The position numbers and the translations under genes are program-made. Below are positions 47,820 to 56,031 of a DNA stretch of 64,000 nucleotides, one piece after another. Under the pieces are notes generated by a model that was not told where the DNA came from, searched no databases, and saw only the letters and a program-made list of their open reading frames with translations. Each line of letters opens with the position of its first letter. Position 1 is the stretch's first letter. Source of the stretch: Thermoplasmata archaeon (lineage in GTDB: Archaea > Thermoplasmatota > Thermoplasmata > UBA10834); assembly GCA_020696365.1 (NCBI GenBank), contig JAEHCM010000006.1, positions 19,484 to 83,483 of the forward strand, in the 5' to 3' direction.

Positions 47820-49250
47820 ATGACCGACGACCTTCTTGAATTACTTGGAACTCTGACGGTAGCGGAGTTGAAGTCAGTAGCTAAGAAACATGGAATCAAT
47901 GTTTCGTCGTGCAGAGGTAAGAAGAGCTACATGAACGTCCTCGCCGGCGCGAACCTGACGCAGAAGACGGTGAAGAGCGCTCTCAACGCAGGTAGCGAGC
48001 GAAAGGATGAAGCCGCTCGCGAGATGAAGAAGATAGAGACAGACCTGAAGGTCATCTCTGAGAAGAAGTCCGAGCCCAGGGATATCCCGGAGGACGAGAA
48101 CATCGGCATCGAGCGAAGCATCGACCAAGCCCTCCATCTCAGACCCCTGTTCTTCGAGATAGACTCAGCGACCGAGCAGGCCTGGAACAAGATGATACTC
48201 GGCGATTTCGCTCAAGCACTGACGCTCAACAGGGGCTCCCGGTCGCAGGTGATCGACAGACTCAGCACATTCCACCTCTACTCGACCGCGCTCTCAATCC
48301 GCGCCTCAGAGACTATTCTCAATCAGATAACATGGACAGATACGAAGGTGTCCTCGAAGCTCAAGACCGCTCTCGCAGAGACGAAGAAGGCGTTCATAAA
48401 TGGACCCTCGAAGAGGAGGGAGACGACCCTCGAAGAGCTGGAGAATCTGACGACGAAGGCGTTCGAAGCCTTCATCGACAAATCGCAGAAGGCCGAGAAT
48501 GATCTAAAGAAGATGCTCGAGGAATACTCTTCGTTCGGAGTACACGTGAAGGGTTCCCATGACCTTCTTGAAATCGCTACGCAGGCGAGAAGTTACTCCG
48601 ATATCGTGCAATATGCTAAGCTGATGGAACAGGCGAGAGCTCAGGCCGGCCGTGCGAAAGAGACACGGATGAAGGAGATCGACGACGCTTTCGAACGTGT
48701 CGAGAGAGCGATCGAGGATGCGAAGCAGGCGGGAGCGGAAACCGCCGAGGGTCAGACGCAGTTCACGAACGCGAAGAAAGCGTTCAAAAACAGCGAATTC
48801 GCGAAGGCGATGGAGCTGCTCGCTTCCGTGGAGCTGGCCGTCGACGGCGCCCACCAACAGAGAGTGCGACAGGATCGGGAGGCCGAGGCCAAGGAGATCG
48901 CGCAGATAACTTCGTCCTTGCAGGAGGCGGAGCCAGACCTCGAGGAGGCGGCGATGTATGGGATGGACGTACGCGAAGGGCTGTTGTTCGTGGGATCCAC
49001 GAAGACTGCCCTTCAGCAGAGGGACGTCGTCACGGCTGCCAAGTTCTCAAAGAAGGTGAGGAAACTCACAAAGTCCATGGAAGGAGATCTCGAGAAGCTC
49101 CGAGAGAAACACTCAGCTGAGAAGGAGAGCCAGCGCGACAGCGGAGACAAGTCGACGCGAACACCGACCTCTGATAGAACCAGCACGAACGATTCGGCAC
49201 CCGCGCAGACGAAGAAAGACAAGAAGTGGCGCTCCATCATCAAGAAGTGA
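47820..49250 (+). CDS. Helical/coiled-coil hypothetical protein with SAP/Rho-N-like N-terminal motif
   Basis: LTVAELKSVAKKHGI motif; long alpha-helical body. Confidence 0.7.
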   Translation: MTDDLLELLGTLTVAELKSVAKKHGINVSSCRGKKSYMNVLAGANLTQKTVKSALNAGSERKDEAAREMKKIETDLKVISEKKSEPRDIPEDENIGIERSIDQALHLRPLFFEIDSATEQAWNKMILGDFAQALTLNRGSRSQVIDRLSTFHLYSTALSIRASETILNQITWTDTKVSSKLKTALAETKKAFINGPSKRRETTLEELENLTTKAFEAFIDKSQKAENDLKKMLEEYSSFGVHVKGSHDLLEIATQARSYSDIVQYAKLMEQARAQAGRAKETRMKEIDDAFERVERAIEDAKQAGAETAEGQTQFTNAKKAFKNSEFAKAMELLASVELAVDGAHQQRVRQDREAEAKEIAQITSSLQEAEPDLEEAAMYGMDVREGLLFVGSTKTALQQRDVVTAAKFSKKVRKLTKSMEGDLEKLREKHSAEKESQRDSGDKSTRTPTSDRTSTNDSAPAQTKKDKKWRSIIKK

Positions 49251-49295
49251 GTTCGGGTGTTGCCACAGACCAAATGCGGTTCTGACAGTACAGTC

Positions 49296-49811
49296 TTACT
49301 CAACGGGCGGAACGGTGTCAGCGGCTACTTCAACTCTGCCATTGCTGTTATTGGCAAGGCCCTTGATCACGTCTCCCCTCGTGATTATCCCGATGAGCTC
49401 ACCAGCCTTCAGAACGGGGAGGCGATTGACGTCGGCCTTCACCATGACCACCACAGCGTCCTTCAGCGTGATGTCATCGTCCACCGTGTGGACCTGCTTT
49501 GACATGACCTCGCTGACCAACTTCTCGCCGATCTCCTCGTACGCCTCGAGCAGCTCGCGCTGGACGAGCTCTTCCTGAAAGGCGATGCCTATCGACGATA
49601 CTGATGGGAACACGAGCCGTAGGTTCTTCTTCGTCGTCTTGAGAGATCTCAGGACATCGACCTCGCTGAAGACACCCACGATATCCCCACCCTCCATCAC
49701 GGGTGCTCCAGACACATTCTTCTCCGCCAGAAGCGCCGCAGCATCTTTGACCAGCGTGTCCGGAGTCACGGTAACGACCGGGCTGCTCATGACATCCCTC
49801 ACTCTTCTCAT
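49296..49811 (-). CDS. CBS domain pair protein
   Basis: VRDVMSSPV, GAPV, RLPV...GIITRGD. Confidence 0.9.
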   Translation of the reverse strand: MRRVRDVMSSPVVTVTPDTLVKDAAALLAEKNVSGAPVMEGGDIVGVFSEVDVLRSLKTTKKNLRLVFPSVSSIGIAFQEELVQRELLEAYEEIGEKLVSEVMSKQVHTVDDDITLKDAVVVMVKADVNRLPVLKAGELIGIITRGDVIKGLANNSNGRVEVAADTVPPVE

Positions 49812-49885
49812 CGTATCAACTTCCCCATCATCAGGAAACTTATAAATGTTTTCGGCTGGTTCCTACAACTGATATCTTCAAGGGG

Positions 49886-50848
49886 ATGTCTATGGCGAGA
49901 ACCAGGTTGAAACCAATCTCAGACATAGAGGTCGACAGCGAGATCAAGGTCGTCGACCTGACCGCTATGATGCTAGCGTCAGGAGGATTCACAGCCAAGA
50001 AGCTCGGAATCGCCTCCGAGATACTCACCTCCATGCTGAGAGATGAAAAGTGCACCATCTTCCTCTCATTTCCCGCATGCATAGTATCCACGGGAACGCG
50101 AGGAGTCATCAGGAAGCTCGTCGAGGAGCGTCTAGTAGACGCGATAATCACCACCTGCGGAACCCTCGACCACGACCTTGCCCGCGTATGGAAGAAGTAC
50201 TACCACGGCGACTTCATGATGGACGACGCGGACTTACACAGGAAGGGAATCAACCGTCTGGGGAACATACTGATCCCCAACGAGAGCTACGGGATAGTCC
50301 TGGAGCAGAAGATGCAACCCATCCTAGATGAGCTGTACAAGGAGGGAAAGAAAAGCCTGTCGAGCAGGCAGCTGGCATACGAGTTCGGGTCGAGGCTCAC
50401 CGATAAGAAATCCATCCTCTATTGGGCCTCTAAGAACGACATTCCGGTTTATGTCCCCGGCATCACCGACGGCGCGTTCGGGTCACAACTATGGCTCTTC
50501 AGCCAGCGCCATCATGACTTCACGATCGACATCCTGAAGGACGAGCAGGAGCTCTCGGACATAGTATTCACCGCGAAGCGAGCCGGGGCGCTGATGATAG
50601 GTGGTGGCATCTCGAAGCACCATGTGATCTGGTGGTCCCAATTCCGGAATGGCCTCGATTACGCGGTGTACCTCACGACAGCAGAGGAGTTCGACGGGTC
50701 TTTGTCTGGCGCGAGAATCCGAGAGGCGGTGAGCTGGGGCAAGGTCAAGGAGAGGGCGAAGTACGTCACCGTCGAGGGGGACGCCACGATAACCCTTCCG
50801 ATCCTCGCATGCTCCGCACTCAGCGTCGGCAGGCCTGGAAGAAATTAA
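49886..50848 (+). CDS. dys: Deoxyhypusine synthase
   Basis: GGGISKHH, DGSLSGA, EAVSWGKV. Confidence 0.95.
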   Translation: MSMARTRLKPISDIEVDSEIKVVDLTAMMLASGGFTAKKLGIASEILTSMLRDEKCTIFLSFPACIVSTGTRGVIRKLVEERLVDAIITTCGTLDHDLARVWKKYYHGDFMMDDADLHRKGINRLGNILIPNESYGIVLEQKMQPILDELYKEGKKSLSSRQLAYEFGSRLTDKKSILYWASKNDIPVYVPGITDGAFGSQLWLFSQRHHDFTIDILKDEQELSDIVFTAKRAGALMIGGGISKHHVIWWSQFRNGLDYAVYLTTAEEFDGSLSGARIREAVSWGKVKERAKYVTVEGDATITLPILACSALSVGRPGRN

Positions 50849-50890
50849 TAACATGGATGGGGGTTACACCTTGCACGAGGCGGTTGACAC

Positions 50891-51958
50891 ATGACCTTGA
50901 AGGAAGAGGGCCCTGGAATCCCTTCAGCGCAGGATCTGACGGCCTTCGCCAAGGAATACTACAGGGCATACATGCAAACTGTCGAGGAGAAGAAGCCTCA
51001 GGCCCTCTCCAAGTTCGCTCAGGACGCACCCTACACCATCAGGGCATATCTCCTGCCGAACGCATCGATATGCATGCTCTTCAACTCAACGGACGAACTC
51101 AAAACTCATGGAAGCACCAAGGATTGGGATAAAGTCCAGGACGAGATCGTCAAGGGCGTGGACCACTTCGCTGGATTCTTTCCGTTCGAGGATCGCTCCC
51201 TCGGCGACTGGAGCAAGCGAGGTAAGAGGGACGCGCTGAGAGATCTCAGGCTGCTCGAGCGCTCCGACCTGTCGACCGCCAGCGTGAAGCTGGAGGGAAT
51301 CATCGAGAACATAACGAAGATGATCAAGGCGAACCCGTGGCTGGGGAAGTCGGGCAATGAGGTCATCGCGTCCATGAGGGATATCGACAGCCGCGTCAGA
51401 GGAGGGTTTCCTACAGTCGACGCGATCGCATCGCTTCAGTCACTCAAGGCGTTCGCTCCGACGGCAGAGAACGTGACAATCGACTTCCCGGACAAGGTGC
51501 TCCTCGAAGAGATCGCCGAAGGATTGAGGGATGTGTCCGACCTTCAGACGAAGATCGAGACCATTGAGAACCGCATGTTCGATATGGAGAAGGCGAGTCA
51601 GACGCCGGACATGGCAGACCAGATGAACGAGTATGGCGAACGGGTCGACAGGCTCGAGAAGCAGCTGGAGAAAATATCAAACATCCTGACGATGCTCAAT
51701 TCGAAAGTGGAGGCGTACTTCTCCAACACCGCTGAGAGGGAGCGACAGGGTGAGATGGAGCAACGCCTTGAGGAGCATGGCAACAAGGTACTTCAAACGG
51801 AGTCGAAGATGATGGCCATGGAGAAGGAGGCGGAGCGGCTGGTCTCCGAGATCAAGACAATGGCATCCAAGATGGAGAAGGACGTGCAGGATGGACGCAA
51901 GAGGATCGCCCGCATGGAGAAGCATCTAGTGGATTTTGCCAAGGTGGTCCAAGAGTAA
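50891..51958 (+). CDS. Hypothetical protein with C-terminal coiled-coil
   Basis: 355-aa ORF filling the gap between dys and the dehydrogenase. Confidence 0.7.
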   Translation: MTLKEEGPGIPSAQDLTAFAKEYYRAYMQTVEEKKPQALSKFAQDAPYTIRAYLLPNASICMLFNSTDELKTHGSTKDWDKVQDEIVKGVDHFAGFFPFEDRSLGDWSKRGKRDALRDLRLLERSDLSTASVKLEGIIENITKMIKANPWLGKSGNEVIASMRDIDSRVRGGFPTVDAIASLQSLKAFAPTAENVTIDFPDKVLLEEIAEGLRDVSDLQTKIETIENRMFDMEKASQTPDMADQMNEYGERVDRLEKQLEKISNILTMLNSKVEAYFSNTAERERQGEMEQRLEEHGNKVLQTESKMMAMEKEAERLVSEIKTMASKMEKDVQDGRKRIARMEKHLVDFAKVVQE

Positions 51959-51965
51959 CGTTCCC

Positions 51966-52964
51966 ATGAAGTCGATATGCGTCCTTCCCGGTGACGGCAT
52001 CGGCCCGGAGGTCGTCGGCTGTGCGACAAGGGTCCTCGAGAGAGTGACTGACCAGCTTGAGCTCCACACGGCGGACATAGGCCGTGCGGCGTTCCATCGC
52101 TCCGGCGAGCATCTACCCACGGACACCATTGCCGCGATGGAGGCCTCGGATAGCTGCCTGTTCGGTGCAGTCACATCTGATGAAGGGGCGGGTTACGATT
52201 CTCCGGTGCTTAGGTTCAGGAAGGAGCTTGATCTGTTCGCCAACCTCCGCCCCGTGAAGAACATCGCCAAGGTTTCGACAGCAGCGATGGACCTGCTCAT
52301 AGTGCGGGAGAACACCGAAGGTCTCTACACGATGAACGAGCACGAGGACGACGCAGGAGTGACGACCATGAGAAGGGTCTCCAGGTCCGCCTGCGAGAGG
52401 ATAGTGGAAAAGGCCATAGACGAGGCTCGCCGGACCGGCCGGAAGAGCGTCTGCTGTGTCCACAAGGCGAACGTGCTGCGCAAATCGGACGGCCTGTTCC
52501 TCCAAGTGTTCAGAGACGCCGCCCGAACGCGTGGTCAGGGCCTGAAGTTCACCGATCAGCTCGTGGACTCGGCTGCCGCGAAGATGGTAACGAGACCGGA
52601 GGCGTTCGATGTCGTCGTTACGCTGAATCTGTACGGCGACATCCTCTCCGACCTCGCAGCCGGGATTGTCGGCGGATTAGGCTTCGCACCTTCAGGAAAC
52701 ATGGGAGACAGACGGTCTGTGTTCGAGCCCGCACACGGCTCCGCCCCGGACATCGCGGGAAAGGGCATAGCGAATCCGACGGCTACGATACTCGCGGCCG
52801 CGATGATGCTGGACCACCTGGGCTTCTCCGTCGAAGCGAGCCACGTGCGCGAATCGACGGAGCAGGTCTACAGGAAAGGCCTTCGCACAGTCGACGTCGG
52901 AGGAAACCTGGGATCTGAGAAGTTCACGGACAGGGTTCTCTGCAACCTGAAATCCATGCTCTAA
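51966..52964 (+). CDS. Isocitrate/isopropylmalate dehydrogenase family protein (LeuB/AksF-like)
   Basis: PGDGIGPEV, RENTEGLY, NLYGDILSD, EPAHGSAPDIAGK. Confidence 0.9.
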   Translation: MKSICVLPGDGIGPEVVGCATRVLERVTDQLELHTADIGRAAFHRSGEHLPTDTIAAMEASDSCLFGAVTSDEGAGYDSPVLRFRKELDLFANLRPVKNIAKVSTAAMDLLIVRENTEGLYTMNEHEDDAGVTTMRRVSRSACERIVEKAIDEARRTGRKSVCCVHKANVLRKSDGLFLQVFRDAARTRGQGLKFTDQLVDSAAAKMVTRPEAFDVVVTLNLYGDILSDLAAGIVGGLGFAPSGNMGDRRSVFEPAHGSAPDIAGKGIANPTATILAAAMMLDHLGFSVEASHVRESTEQVYRKGLRTVDVGGNLGSEKFTDRVLCNLKSML

Positions 52965-52984
52965 ACCATGAGAAGAGAATGGCG

Positions 52985-53069
52985 TGCGGGGGCTGAGATT
53001 CGAACTCAGGGACTCCTGCGAGACCAGACCCTCAATCTGGCGCCGTTGACCGAGCTTGGCTACCCCCGC
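52985..53069 (-). tRNA. tRNA-Leu(GAG)
   Basis: GCGGGGG/CCCCCGC stem, anticodon arm CCAGA-TTGAGGG-TCTGG, variable arm; CCA not encoded directly. Confidence 0.93.
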
Positions 53070-53274
53070 AAGTTGCGCTGGGAGCGGTCCATGTGTGTCC
53101 TTCGATTAAAGCCTTTCGTATTTTGGAAATCGATCCCTGATGAGATGCCTTTCGATCTTCACCCTGGCGTTGGTCATTCCCCACAAATATATACCCGAGT
53201 GCGATACGGAGTGTTCAATAGGACGCTGAGGGGGTCCACGGGCCCACCTTAAGCGGCTCGAGGAGATACAGCAG

Positions 53275-54741
53275 ATGATAGGTTTTCCGAAGGGGAGGAT
53301 TTCGTTCCGCATGTTCGACGAGAGCGATTTGGACTCGCTCCACTGGGGAACATTGGATGTCCTAGAAAACGCAGGCATAAAGGTATTCAGCGAAGAGTGC
53401 CTGAAACTCCTTGAAGACGCAGGCTGCACGGTGAACCACAAAGATAGCAGCGCGAGGATACCCGGAAACCTCGTCGAGGAAGGGATAAGGAAAGCGAAGA
53501 AGAACATCACACTCTACGCTAGGAACCCGGACTACGATGTCGTCCTCGACGGAAGAAGGTCGTACTGCTGCACGGACGGGAACGGGACGAGCGTCATGGA
53601 CTTCGACACGGGAAAGAGGAGGATGTCGACCACGAAAGACCTGCAAACGGTCGGGAAGGTCGCGAATGCCCTCGATTCCGCGCACATATTCTGGCCGTGC
53701 GTGAGCTGCCAGGACGTACCAGACCACATCCGGCACGTGGTTGACCTCAAAGTGGCGCTCGGAGCCATAGAGAAGCACGTTCAGGTGGAGACGACCAGCC
53801 ACAGGAGGGAGGCTAAGTGGCTCGTCCAAATGGGTGCCGCTCTTGCAGGCGACGAGAAAGCCCTGAGCAGGAAGCCGATATTCTCTTCCATGCATTGCCC
53901 GTTCTCCCCGCTCCAACTCGACGGCGGATCGACGGAAGGTGCGCTCCTACTCGCCCGTGCCGGGGTCCCGATCTCATTCTATGGAATGCCCCAGGCAGGA
54001 ATAACTGGCCCGGTGACGCTCGCAGGCTCAATAATCGTGAACAACGCCGAGGTTCTCGCAGGCATGACGATGGCCCAGCTAGCAGCGCCTGGATCACCGT
54101 TCATATACGGGACGGGAGGAGCAGCCTTCGACATGAGAACGATGACTTGGGCCGGCGGCGGCCCCGAGAGAGCGCTCATATCCTCCGGCGCAGGGGCGCT
54201 AGCACACCACTACGGCTTCCCGATACTATGTGGCGGTATCGTAACCTCGGCGAAGGAGCCGGGACCACAGTCTTGCTACGAGAAGATGTCGAGCGGGCTG
54301 CCGCAGTTCTTCGCTGGCTGTGACATGATAGCCGGGCTCGGGCTCCTCGATGACGTCACGATGTTGTCGTACGAACAGATGGTCATTGATGACGAGATGG
54401 CGAGGATAATGGGCCGCCTCTCCGGAGGAGTGATCGTTGATGACGAGCACATGGCAGTCGACCTCATCAAGAAGGTCGGCGCAGGCGGCAGCTTCCTGAG
54501 TCACAGACACACCATGCATTGGCTACACAAGGAGCACTTCATACCAGACATAACAGACAGGCGTACGGGAGAGGCATGGGAGGTAGACGGCAATAAGAAC
54601 GTCGTAACCCGTGCAAGAGAGAAGGCTGCGAAGATAATGAAGGAACATCAGGTGCAACCGTTGACGACGGACGTGTCAGCGAGATTCGAAGAGATCGTGA
54701 AAGAGGCCGACGCGGACATAAAGACGAACGGCCTCAACTGA
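53275..54741 (+). CDS. Trimethylamine methyltransferase (MttB) superfamily protein, non-pyrrolysine
   Basis: GPVTLAGS, NAEVLAG, GLLDD...SYEQMVIDDE; no internal amber codon. Confidence 0.88.
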   Translation: MIGFPKGRISFRMFDESDLDSLHWGTLDVLENAGIKVFSEECLKLLEDAGCTVNHKDSSARIPGNLVEEGIRKAKKNITLYARNPDYDVVLDGRRSYCCTDGNGTSVMDFDTGKRRMSTTKDLQTVGKVANALDSAHIFWPCVSCQDVPDHIRHVVDLKVALGAIEKHVQVETTSHRREAKWLVQMGAALAGDEKALSRKPIFSSMHCPFSPLQLDGGSTEGALLLARAGVPISFYGMPQAGITGPVTLAGSIIVNNAEVLAGMTMAQLAAPGSPFIYGTGGAAFDMRTMTWAGGGPERALISSGAGALAHHYGFPILCGGIVTSAKEPGPQSCYEKMSSGLPQFFAGCDMIAGLGLLDDVTMLSYEQMVIDDEMARIMGRLSGGVIVDDEHMAVDLIKKVGAGGSFLSHRHTMHWLHKEHFIPDITDRRTGEAWEVDGNKNVVTRAREKAAKIMKEHQVQPLTTDVSARFEEIVKEADADIKTNGLN

Positions 54742-54840
54742 CATGCCGACTCGACGGCAGAAACCCACAAACCACATCAGAATCGGAGGACGGCGCCCGC
54801 AATCGATTCCAGCAAACCCTGACATGGAGGATAGTCCCGC

Positions 54841-55794
54841 TTGATCCCACTTGAGCTGGTACGAGAGTTCGAGAGACAGATGAAGGCGATGAGGATAGGG
54901 GACACACCCCTCAGACGCCTTCAGAAGATAGAGGGACTGCTCGGCACAAGGCGGCTCCACATCAAGCTCGAAGGTGAGAATCCGACAGGTACCCACAAGG
55001 ACCGGATGGCCCTGCTCCTAACACTCAGCGCAAGGAGGGAGGGGTATGACACCGTCGCGGCCGCCACCTGCGGCAACTACGGCGCCTCGCTCCTCCGCGT
55101 CTGCGACAAACTGGGGATGCAGTGCAGGATATACATACCCACGGAGTACGAAGGGACCAGAAACGCGGAGATCACAGATGCTGGCGGAAAGATCGTCACC
55201 ATTCAAGGCGATTACGAGAATGCGATTGCGACGTGCATCAGGGAATGTGCTGCGAACAGGTGGTACAATGCGAACCCGGGCGGGAAGAACAACGAGCTCG
55301 GAATCTACGCATACACATTCGTAGCGAAGGAGATGGCGCAGGCCCTCGGAAAACAGCCGGATTGGGTGTCCGTTCCGGTTGGGAACGGCACCATACTCGC
55401 TGGTGTCTGGCAGGGATTTCAATCCATGGGGATGAAACCACGCATGCTAGGGACATCGAACAACAACGCGGCCGTGAGAGGGATGGTGATGGGACGGGAG
55501 GTTCCCGTGACAGCGCCAGATATGACCCTGACACATGTGAACGACCCGCTTGCGGGGAACTATCTGCCTGACGCCGAGGACGCTATACGCGCAGTGATCG
55601 AATCGAAAGGACAGGGGATGGAGATATCCGACGAGGAGATGGTCGAAGCCGCGGAGATGTTGCTGGAAGAGGAAGGGCTAGACATACTCCCTGCCTCAGC
55701 TAGCGCTCTGGCCGGAATACGACATCTCGAGACGAAGACCCACACATTTGTGCTGGTTGCCACCGCCCGCGGAAATCCAGGCGGGGTTCGTTGA
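54841..55794 (+). CDS. Fold-type II PLP enzyme (threonine synthase-like)
   Basis: EGENPTGTHKDR, TCGNYG, VPVGNGT, PASASALAG; TTG start. Confidence 0.82.
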   Translation: MIPLELVREFERQMKAMRIGDTPLRRLQKIEGLLGTRRLHIKLEGENPTGTHKDRMALLLTLSARREGYDTVAAATCGNYGASLLRVCDKLGMQCRIYIPTEYEGTRNAEITDAGGKIVTIQGDYENAIATCIRECAANRWYNANPGGKNNELGIYAYTFVAKEMAQALGKQPDWVSVPVGNGTILAGVWQGFQSMGMKPRMLGTSNNNAAVRGMVMGREVPVTAPDMTLTHVNDPLAGNYLPDAEDAIRAVIESKGQGMEISDEEMVEAAEMLLEEEGLDILPASASALAGIRHLETKTHTFVLVATARGNPGGVR

Positions 55795-55861
55795 CCTGGC
55801 ATTGGAGTCAGTGTATCATTTTGGACGTTCGTGAGAGTACCGGCCCAAGCCAGCCAAGATA

Positions 55862-55870
55862 TTAATATAT
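55862..55870 (+). promoter_or_regulatory. Candidate TATA box of the ilv operon
   Basis: TTAATATAT with an upstream purine-containing BRE-like segment; 21 nt before the uORF ATG. Confidence 0.6.
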
Positions 55871-55890
55871 CTTCGTTTATGCCAGATTGT

Positions 55891-55977
55891 ATGCGCGAAA
55901 CCGCTGGTCGCAGAGCAGGTATTGTTCTTCCGTTGGCCCTAGTCGTTCTGCTCGACCTGCGAATCGTGCACCCCTGA
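55891..55977 (+). CDS. Putative Ile/Val/Leu-rich leader peptide MRETAGRRAGIVLPLALVVLLDLRIVHP
   Basis: Translated by hand; 12 of residues 11-26 are I/V/L; ends 54 nt before ilvB. Confidence 0.65.
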   Translation: MRETAGRRAGIVLPLALVVLLDLRIVHP

Positions 55978-56031
55978 CGGACTGCCTGTTTTCGCGGGTT
56001 TCCTGTCGGGTGAGATGAGGGAGGTGTAGAG

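Noticed and set aside
53275-54741. Methanogenesis or pyrrolysine inference from mttB
   Set aside because: No amber codon, and no pyl, mcr or corrinoid genes in the window.
54744-54844. 33-codon ORF between mttB and the PLP enzyme
   Set aside because: No motif and no Thr enrichment that would suggest a leader peptide; cannot be supported.
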